Assembly (NCBI GenBank): GCA_011109175.1
Contig: RDEW01000007.1
Span: forward strand, 1,622,236-1,655,235
DNA length: 33,000 nt
Direction of reading: 5' to 3'
DNA from: Dicyema japonicum
Lineage: Eukaryota; Animalia; Dicyemida
The notes beneath the pieces were generated by a model that was not told the origin of the DNA, searched no databases, and worked only from the letters and a program-made list of their open reading frames with translations. This document shows, in pieces, positions 23,566-31,829 of the stretch (positions within the stretch are counted from its first letter, which is position 1; each line of letters starts with the position of its first letter). The position numbers and the translations under genes were made by a program.

Positions 23566-25482
23566 ATGAATCTAGTTCGTCATTCAAAATATCGTCACGT
23601 GTATGGAAAAGTAGCCACCAGGGACAAATCCTTCGATGACATCCGCTTCACAAACACTCCAATTGACTCGAATCTGATCGCCGTTAGCAAAAAGTTTCTT
23701 GCATTCATTGAGGAAACTATGGGTGGGGGTAGCTTCACTGTTGTTTCCCTTAAAGATGTTAATTCAATTTAAATTGACGTTTTTAGGTTGGAAGGATTTC
23801 ACGAAATACTCCACGTGTTATAGGACATCAGGGAGTCGTCCTTGACATTGTTTTCTCTCCATTTAATTATTTTATCATCGCCAGTGCCAGTGCTGACTCA
23901 AAGGTCCGCATTTGGGGGATCCCAGAAGAAGGATTATTGACAGACTTGTGTACACCAAATTTAGAACTCGATGGACATGACAGAAAGGTTACAACATTGT
24001 GCTGGCACCCTACAGCCGTGAATGTCCTCGTTTCTGGAGGCCTCGACCAGTACCTCATTGTTTGGAATACCTCTACCGGTGCCAAAATCAATCGCCTCAG
24101 TCTAAACGATGGCCTCTCCCAATGTTCCTTTAATTATAATGGTTCTATGATGGCTGCCGTACTCAGAAATAAAGAACTGGTAGTATTCGATCCACGTGGA
24201 GATGTGGTTGAGAAGGTTCCGTTAATTTTAACGTCTTTAGTCTGTTATCCCCCACAGTGGAGCCAGACCAGCGAGATGTGTGTTTGTCAGTAATAACAGA
24301 ATTTTTACATGTGGCTTTGAAAAGGGGACTTGTAGAACATTGGCTTTGTGGAATGCTGTTTGTAGTGATTCAACATTTATAGGACGACCTCAGCCAACCG
24401 ATTTGTCGAATGGATTTTGATCAAAACCGAGGACATATGACTCTCCACTACGAGCCGGAACACGAGATCATCTTTGTGGCTGGCAGGGTACTTTGCTAAT
24501 GTTTACAAAAGGGAGAAGGATTTATTTCCATATTCGAACTAACCAAGGAAGACCCTTACATTCACTATTTGACCAATTACCAGTCTTCTAATTCTTCCCA
24601 AAAGGCGGTGGGGATACTTCCCAAGTTGGCCTGCGATTACATGAAGTGTGAGATTGTCAGGTACGTTTAATGTCTCAATTTTAGAGGATATCGAGGACTC
24701 AATAACGGATTTTGTGAGATTATATCCTTCATAGTACCACGAAAGGTAATGCTATCGCATAAACTGTATTTCAGTCCGGTTCCTTCCAGTCTGATCTGTT
24801 TACTGAAATTAGATCAGACGTCCCCTCCATGACAGCAGAGGAGTACATGTCTGGGATGAACGCTGATCCAATAATGGTACCTCACTTTTCTATTTATTCA
24901 GATATCCCTCGATCCCACTAAAGACGTAAAAAATGTAAAACTGAATAATTCCTCCAAAGTTGAGGAAAAATCCGTAAAAACAGAAACAGTTGAATCTTCC
25001 ACCAATGAGCCCAATATTATAGTTGAATCAGTTCCCCAAACTGAGTTGAAGACAGAATCTCTTGATTCTGATGTGATCCCCCAAGGACCATCGTCCAACA
25101 CTCCATCCCAGACAACTAACGGTCAACCAATATCTCCCAAATCAACAGTTGAGTGTCCGAGACCGACCCATGTGTGAATAATGGAGTGGAGGTATCACCA
25201 GAAAATGCCATAGATGATGCAGTTTTATCTGTAAACGTGGATCATCCTGAAATATCAGAAGAGGGAGAAAGCTACAAGATTACTAGTGAATTGCCAAATC
25301 TGACTATAATAGATTCAGAAATGTCCATTAATAAAAGTGAAATGGACAAGATCAGTTCATTATTAAATACTCTCGTCTCGAAAGTGGACTCGATTAGCTC
25401 CAAGTTGTGTGAGGTTGAAAGAAAGTTTGACTGCTTCATTAAAAGTTCCAATAAGACTGAAAATACATCAGAGTCGCCTTAA
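23566..25482 (+). CDS. CORO1: Coronin (WD40 actin-binding protein), ~578 aa, 8 exons
   Basis: MNLVRHSKYRHVYGK N-terminus, GGGSFTVV, GHDRKV..WHPTAVNVL, VAGRGEG, IVPRKSGSFQSDLF, C-terminal coiled-coil-like segment. Introns 23758-86, 24216-40, 24358-82, 24488-511, 24661-84, 24746-74, 24877-901. One base is missing near 25153. Coronin subtype is not certain. Confidence 0.93.
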
Positions 25483-25614
25483 ATGATAGTTATTATTAGA
25501 TTGTATTTGGAAGTTACTAATGTCCTACCTTTGTTTTATTATGTTTACCACTTGTTTGAAAACTAACGTCATATTGCACCACCAGGCCATATATTCAAAT
25601 TAGGACATATAGGG

Positions 25615-25698
25615 TTTCCGATCAATAGCGTAACCTTCCCGACCATTAGCGTAACTTTTCCGATCAATAGCGTAATTTTCCCGGTCAATAACGTCACT
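25615..25698. repeat. Imperfect tandem repeat, 4 x 21 bp
   Basis: TTTCCGATCAATAGCGTAACC / TTCCCGACCATTAGCGTAACT / TTTCCGATCAATAGCGTAATT / TTCCCGGTCAATAACGTCACT. Confidence 0.85.
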
Positions 25699-25799
25699 AA
25701 ATTTTTTTCATTTTCAACACCTCCTGTGGAAACATTGTTTTTCCACGTGTTGAATAAATTAAAAATATGACTGAGAAATGATCAATATGTGTAATTAAG

Positions 25800-26830
25800 T
25801 AATTATATTCTCTTGTTCCCCAACCTCCTTCCCTGGGAGCCACTACACACTCATCCTCACCATTGCCTAGCTGCTGTTCACTCAAACATTCTGGTTCCAT
25901 GAGCGAGTCCGGATCTTCTTATTCTCGTCCACAAGACTTTCGTTGGAAGTAATGAATAACTTCCAGTCTGTGCCTATGCTCCACTAATATATTCGCATGA
26001 GTCCTCCTGATCGTGACAGATTGAATATATCCCCTTGAGGGTATATCCATACCCAAACATCCATATATGTTTTGTCTAATTTGCTCAGAATTTCCTCCAA
26101 AGTCAACACAGTAGAAATAATCCTAACTTTAGAGTAATCTCATTAGTCTTTTTATTTAAAACAAAAATATCCGGTTTGTTGTGCTATAGTTTAATTTAAG
26201 TCAATATTGTCGACTCGAATCTACACGTGACTAGTTGTTACTGTTGACTGGACAGACTGAGTCTTCAGTTTTTTTGAATGTTTAATTCCACATTTTCGAC
26301 AAAAATTTAATTGAAGGCATCTACCACCTCATTGTGGCGTCTTACGTAATAACTATTCAGCATTCTATTGCATCTTGTTGCCGGATGGTCGACTGTTTTC
26401 TTTGCAGATTTGCAATGGTTGCAGTTCGATCCCTTATTTTCAAAAACAGATTTCGATCTTGTAGGAGACAATGCATCGCCTCAGCTGTCGGGTTGTTTTC
26501 CTATGAAAGCCACTCCAAGGATGACGCAATGTCAACAGTTGAACTTTTTAGGCATTTGAAAATACTGAATGTTTATACTTTTGAGCCAGGAATCCTGCGA
26601 TCTTGGCCATTATTGTTTTCTTTAAATTGACCCGCTTTCCTCAGACACACAGTAGATTTTCTCTCCAAATCATGGAAGAATTGAAGTAGCATACATTCAC
26701 TCTTGAACATAACTGATGTACACCTCTCCCAAGTTATTTCTGATGTACACCTCTCCCAAGTGGCAAAGTCATCAATGATGAAGATGACTGACTAGGATAC
26801 ACTTTTGGGTAATTTCCACTCAACGACCAG
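25800..26830 (-). mobile_element. R4/Dong-like restriction-endonuclease non-LTR retrotransposon, 3' fragment
   Basis: VDIASSLEWLS..LQDRNLF, CCHC finger CNHCKSAKKTVDHPATRC, RRHNEVV, endonuclease HNKPDIFVLNKK (26166-26183), GYIQSVTIRR, stop at 25919-21. Contains a 22-bp local duplication (26713-34 / 26740-61). Confidence 0.8.
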
Positions 26831-26992
26831 CCTAGACCAGTGGCTTCCAACCTAAAATGTTCTCGGAACCTTTTTACATAATTTTTTTACCTGGAACAAT
26901 TTAAACATAATTATTCCAATATATTTTAAAATTTAACAAAAACTTATTTAGATAAATTGAAATTAAAAAAAACAAGTTTAATGAGGATATTG

Positions 26993-27188
26993 CCTCTATT
27001 CCAAATACTATCGAATTATCTACAATCATACAGAAATTTTGAGCCGATGCCATGTCCAATGAGAAGAGCTGTTCAGGATTCTCGACCCCGCCGGACTCGT
27101 CCTCACCTTTGTCGGTCTGGGATCACTTAGTTAGATGAGAACTTTTATTTCTTTCTCTTTGACCCAGTGATCCTGGGGATAATAATAA
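26993..27188 (+). mobile_element. 196-bp 5'-truncated non-LTR insertion with (AAT)n tail and 14-bp TSD
   Basis: TAATGAGGATATTG at 26979-92 and 27189-202. Terminal hairpin CCCAG-TGATC-CTGGG (27163-77) followed by AAT repeats. ORF end LFRILDPAGLVLTFVGLGSLS*. Confidence 0.82.
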
Positions 27189-28044
27189 TAATGAGGATAT
27201 TGAGGTAATTTTTATCATCGTATTATTTTGTAATTTCCGAGAAATGTCGACAACTGCATCCTAATGTCAGCAGAGGCATTTAGTCAGTTTCTGTATTTTG
27301 TTTGGTAGACGCATAAAGTGAAAATCCTGACTCACATAAATAAGTCTTTGGATAAGGTATAAGCCACGTATTGCCTTTTTTGAAATATCAGGATATTTTG
27401 AAATGCATCCTCGCCAAACATTATAAATGCAATCATTTTTTTTGTGAATCTTTTAATTTCGACTCTGACGCCAAATCATAAGATTTTCATATAAAAATGG
27501 GGGTAAATTTGTTGGGTTTTTTTTAATATCAAGTGGATTTTTGATCCAGCCGTTGTAAAAATTTTCAGGAAAATATTTAATAATGTTTTCGTGTAAGCTT
27601 TTGAGATGATCTTTGATGTTTTCAAATACAACTGAATCCAATAAAGTCCCTGATTGGTGGAGATATTTTTGTAAAACTGACAAGCAAACAATGTCCTTTT
27701 GATAAACAGAAGTCAGCCAAAATTCGATTTTTCTTTTAAAGCCCTGACTTTTTCGTTTAATATGAAAACAGTCTGATAAATTTATTTAGTTTATCAAAAA
27801 TATATAATCCTCTGTAACCAAACTGGGGTTTCCAAATTTTTCGAGATCGGAAAATTTAAATTTTTGAAAAAAACTTGTTCCGTTATTTCCAAGTCATAGC
27901 TTCAGCTCCATCGGTGCTAAATCCAAACATTTATTCCAATTTAATTTTTTGAAGAAAAATAACTATTGATAGCAGTAAATATGTTTCCCCCGTACAATTG
28001 AACTCCAATGTCTCAACATATCTACTTCAAAATATAATTGAAGA

Positions 28045-28365
28045 AAATATCCGCGTGGTGCCATGTGATGCTTTATGGCTAATTGATTGAAGTTTCTGTT
28101 TTGTTCGTCTGTTCCTCCTCTCTCTTCCTATAAGAGTGCGTTATGTGATCCATCTGTCTAGGTGGCGGTCAGTGCCAGGCCAGCACGAAAAAGGATCATT
28201 TACTCTCCCTCACTTCACTGGAGGGGTTTCACAACTGCAACTATGAAGTCTTTACCCTTTATGCTGATTCTGGATGGACTCTGTAGAAGTGGAAACTGGA
28301 TACATTTAATTAGTTGTTTACTTTAACTTCTTTCTCGGTGTATCCGGGGTTAATAAATAAATAAA
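28045..28365 (+). mobile_element. Short retro-insertion in the second hAT: CRE-like ORF end, structured motif, hairpin and (TAAA)n tail
   Basis: Interrupts the transposase between LVFVRYPF and the following ...FTAINSY segment. Starts with DALWLID* (compare GPLWMD at the end of the 4954 copy) and ends CTCGG-TGTAT-CCGGG GT TAATAAATAAATAAA. Confidence 0.55.
28136..28198 (+). repeat. Structured dispersed motif, copy A
   Basis: GTGCGTT ATG TGATCC ATC TGTCTA GGT GGCGGTC A GTGC CAGGCCA GCA C GAAAAA GGATCA; homologous to 30707-30770 and 31616-31678. Confidence 0.8.
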
Positions 28366-28929
28366 ATAATCAAATGGATATCTAACGAAAACTAGTAGAA
28401 CTGATAATCCTTCGGCATCTGTAGATTCTTCAATTTGAATGGCGAATCCATCGGAATTGCTGATTTTTGATAGAAAGTTGCTAAATTCGTCGAGAAACCT
28501 TATTATTTGACAATGAAACAAGATCCAATTTTTAGCTATTTCTTCTCGATGAGCTTCTTTGAACATGGTTTTATAAGATTTTCCATGAGAAATAACATTC
28601 ATGATAATAAACGGGTAGCTGAAGCTGAAACACGTATTGCAAAGGAGAAAGTATCCTCGGAGATAAATGTTTAATGGTTCTCTTTGGGGAAACCATAAGT
28701 GCCCTTCGGGCGTAACTAACACTTACAGAATTAGTGAACCACGTAAGGCCACGCTAGAAAAAACTTTGATGATATTTTCTCTTATATTACTTTTTTATTT
28801 AATTGCGGAATCCAGGTTGGGAACCACTGGTTTGGAGGATCCATCATAAGCAAAAAAAGCTGTGGAGACAATGAATCTCCTTGCAAAATACTCATGATAT
28901 CTTGACTATTCTAATTTCGTGTTTATTAA

Positions 28930-29700
28930 AATTCAATTTGACTTGCCACTTAGTTGCCAGGCTTGTGATGAAATTAATGATCCAAGAAGCAAATCCACTT
29001 GAAAAAATCGAACGCTTCCTGAAAACATTATACATTGATTGACCAAGGCCTGTTCCTTAACACGCTGGCACATCCATCTCGTTCCAAGTTGATTGTCCGA
29101 AATAAGCTCGTATGTTCCAACGAAATCACTCGAATTCCTGTTAACACATTCCGTGATCAATTTATCTTTCGAAGCACACAAGTGATTGGTCGTAAATCTT
29201 TTGGAGATATCCAAAATTTTGAAAGTAATCTTTTTTTTGCTGAACAATTCGCCCGAGATAGAAATTTTATTCTCCAGTCAACTTCTTTACAGAAATTTAG
29301 AATCATGATACATCACAAGGATTATTCTTGGTGCTAATCTCCATGTAGAGCACCGATTGTGGTCTTAAAGTGTTTTAACATCCGAGATAGACTTAGCAGT
29401 TCTGAAGTTTTAATTGAACGACTCTGATGATCTCTCTGAATTCAATTAAATCTTTCACGAGCAGTGAAACAACCTCGCTCGCCCACTCCACTGTCAGATG
29501 AGTTACACCATCCGACATGGCTTTCAAAGCTTGTAGCTTAGTTGGACAAAATGAAATCTCCTGGAGATCTTGCAGTTCCCGATTTAATCTCCATCTCAGC
29601 AGGAAGGCCCGTAGAATATGTTTCGTTAAACTCGTTAGAAACAGACATACCCAATATTGCTAATTCGTTCTTTCTATGTGGTCCCTAACTTTGATACCAA
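28930..29700 (-). pseudogene. Unassigned degraded ORF with a possible PHD-finger-like start
   Basis: Begins MIGCSQCDFWY (resembles the central part of a PHD finger), followed by stop-interrupted frames and the 104-aa ORF 28933-29247. No family recognised. Confidence 0.25.
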
Positions 29701-30003
29701 AAATCGCACTGTGAGCAACCAATCATGTGTCAATCAATGTCACGTGTCAATTAATGTCAATCAATATCACCTCTACACGATTGTTTGATAATAAACTTAA
29801 AACTTCTACATTCTCACTGTATGGGCTCTCAAATTTATTCAGCCATAGAGAAGGATTAGTTCCATAATCTTTTAAAACTCCAACCTACATTTAATTATTT
29901 AATAAAAAACTTGATCTCCCATAGAAAACTTGTATTTACCATGAACATTCATTTTTTTGTTCATCCTCTTAAAATAAGGTGAATTCAAACTATTCCACAG
30001 ATC

Positions 30004-30420
30004 AAGGGTAAAACCAAACTAACTAATCCCTTGATCCTGACTCGTTCCAGCAGAACCTTCAACCAAGAACAGTTATCCAGAGGACGGTATCCGGAGCTGA
30101 GGTCGATTCCAGAACTCGTTCCCAGGGTTCGAAATTGTCTCCATTACTAATAATATTACACAATGGAATCCCCATCCCAGAAATTTAATTCGAAAACATT
30201 TCCAGGGATAACTATTACGGTAGAGTTTCAGGTGGTCTCACCATGATTTAACGAGGTCTATTCACAACATTGAAGACTAAACTGGTTAAATGAACATACT
30301 TGGTTCTAAGACTTTCATCTTGATTTCATGGAGTCATGATTAGGTTGCTTATTTCTTCACAAGTAAGTTTTAAACTGAGCTTTGGTTGAGGTGTGCAATC
30401 TCTAGGACATTCGATACTCT
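30004..30420 (-). mobile_element. Non-LTR 3' fragment (ORF2 tail remnant plus 3' UTR)
   Basis: RLHTSTKAQFKTYL resembles LINE ORF2 C-termini. The 3' UTR block AAGGGTAAAACCAAACTAACTAA...CGAAATTGTCTCC (+ strand) is shared with 31515-31598 and in part with ~620-650. Confidence 0.55.
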
Positions 30421-30504
30421 TAATTAACTAAATTTCTCACTGAGGGGCGAATTTTATCTGTCCGGTGAGCGGCTTTTTTAATTAGTGATTTTTTTTAAAT
30501 ATGA

Positions 30505-30660
30505 AATTTTTATACTTTCGGGCCTAAGACGGTCTTTTTTCTAAGATCGCTTGGGCCAAATATTTCGAAAGTTAGTAATGCGCGTCGGGAAACCGAATGG
30601 TTGTTCCAAAGGATTTCTTTGTCAGGAGAAATCGCCGCTATGTGGCTAATTGGATAAAAT
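30505..30660 (+). mobile_element. CRE-like 3' ORF fragment
   Basis: FGPKTVFFLRSLGPNISKVSNARRETEWLFQRISLSGEIAAMWLIG*. Confidence 0.7.
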
Positions 30661-30706
30661 TTCTGTTTGTTCTGTCTGTTCTCCTTTTTCCCTTCCTACT
30701 ACAAGT

Positions 30707-30770
30707 GGCGTCATATAATTGACCTGTCTCAGGTGGCTTCCAGTGCCAGGCTGGCACGAAAAGGATCAAT
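30707..30770 (+). repeat. Structured dispersed motif, copy B
   Basis: GGCGTCA TATA ATTG ACC TGTCTCA GGT GGCTTCC A GTGCCA GGC TGGCA C GAAAA GGATCAAT, about 45 nt after the CRE-like stop codon. Confidence 0.8.
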
Positions 30771-31124
30771 GGACAAGATTTTAGTTTTTTAACGAATTCA
30801 AATCATATCTAAAAATTCATAATATTGTCTCTGCAGTTGATGATGCAATAGCCATGGTCGCAAATATTGTGCATTTATGAATTTTTAAAACAAAAATGCC
30901 AATATGCGATATTTATCCATTGTATTTAACGCAGGCACAATTTGGTCACGATAATTTACCGTGAATATTGTATTTAATTGGATGTGAAGAAGTGTATTAA
31001 TTTGAGTATCTGCAAGAGGAGCTTTCACTAAAAGAATCCCAAATATAGAACATCTGGTAAATCTACACCAAGGTCAAGGGTCACGTTGACATAAAATTAC
31101 TAATTAATTTAAAAACAATTTATT

Positions 31125-31260
31125 ACGTTCTTCTGCGCCTGCGACGCTGGAATTTCTGAGTCGTCTAAGGATTAGGATTTCTACGTGATCAGGAGATCCC
31201 CGTAAGCGGTGCTGGTTTTACGCCCTATAACAATTTTACTAACCAGAAGAGAAAAATAAT
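31125..31260 (+). mobile_element. Highly decayed CRE-like 3' fragment
   Basis: SAPATLEFLSRLRIRIST*SGDPR matches the GP.TL.FL..LG..I...DPRE segment of the other copies. Confidence 0.45.
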
Positions 31261-31514
31261 AAAGTCATCGTCCGGGCTCTTGTCTAGTTTCTTACGACGA
31301 CTTCTCCCATAGTCATGTATCAATCTCCATAAAAGGGGTAGGTTTTTCCTCTTGCCTTGAGTAGGGCACAAGTAGCACATAATTGACAACTCGATGGGAT
31401 CTTATATTGATTTTGTTAGTTTAACAAATCTCGTTGTAAGTGATCCATAATTTGAAAATCATTCAGCGATTTCTAGATACCGGGTCAGCAACAAACAAAA
31501 CAATTCAAAAAACC

Positions 31515-31760
31515 AAGGGTAAAACCAAACTAACTAACTCTGATCGTGACGCGTTCCAGTGGTTTCAGAACTTGTCTCCAGGTAACGAAATTGTCTCCCG
31601 ATGGAAAGAATAGTAGGATCCTTTTGAATGCCGATCAGGCATTGGGTGTCTCTTTAGTAAGGTGGATCCGATGACGCCATCAGAGGGAAGATAAATTTTT
31701 AACCAATTAGCCACATAGGACCACATGACGACACGTGGCTTATAGATACCAGGGCAATAT
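31515..31760 (-). mobile_element. Retroelement 3' end: CRE-like ORF end, structured motif copy C (31616-31678) and LINE-type 3' UTR block
   Basis: Minus strand reads ...SCGPMWLIG*, then GGCGTC ATC GGATCC ACC TTACTAAAGA GACACC C AATGCC TGATC GGCATT CAAAA GGATCC, then the block shared with 30004-30143. Confidence 0.7.
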
Positions 31761-31816
31761 TCCATCGTTTACGTCGATATTATAATTAATAAAAAAATAA
31801 ATATAATAAAATAGTT

Positions 31817-31829
31817 GTTTCTTAGTAAC
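31817..31829 (+). promoter_or_regulatory. Candidate RFX X-box
   Basis: GTTTCTTAGTAAC fits the GTNRCY-N(0-3)-RGYAAC type palindrome apart from T at position 4, and abuts the CFAP299 ATG. Confidence 0.45.

Larger units (their letters stand above)
26838..28829 (-). mobile_element. Second Buster-type hAT transposon, deleted and carrying two retro-insertions
   Basis: TIRs CAGTGGCTTCCAACCT (26838-53) and AGGTTGGGAACCACTG (28814-29), 14/16 match. Flanks GCCTAGAC / GTTTGGAG (decayed TSD, 4/8). Transposase pieces FAIQIEESTD..LLVFVRY, FGFSTDGAEAMT, IFDKLN, IKDHLKSL..YFP..WIKNP. Confidence 0.87.

Noticed and set aside
25148-25161. 14-nt GT-AG intron that would repair the coronin frameshift
   Set aside because: Far below the 22-nt minimum seen in the other introns.
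18919-25482. Alternative (ciliate-type) genetic code to explain broken ORFs
   Set aside because: The stops fall inside GT-AG introns (apart from the noted indels), spliced exons have no TAA/TAG, and both genes end in TAA.
28136-28198. Hammerhead reading of the structured motif (hairpin followed by GAAA)
   Set aside because: None of the three copies has the CUGANGA core.
29424-29470. Hammerhead ribozyme core (CTGATGA...GAAAC)
   Set aside because: No convincing stem II between the two motifs, and no stems I or III.
30640-30660. tRNA-derived SINE A-box (TGGCTAATTGG)
   Set aside because: No B-box or cloverleaf follows; the sequence is explained as the WLIG codons ending the CRE-like ORF.
30830-31090. 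Rex1/L2-like RT remnant (AVDDAI...)
   Set aside because: Only one short motif is recognisable; not enough to call.
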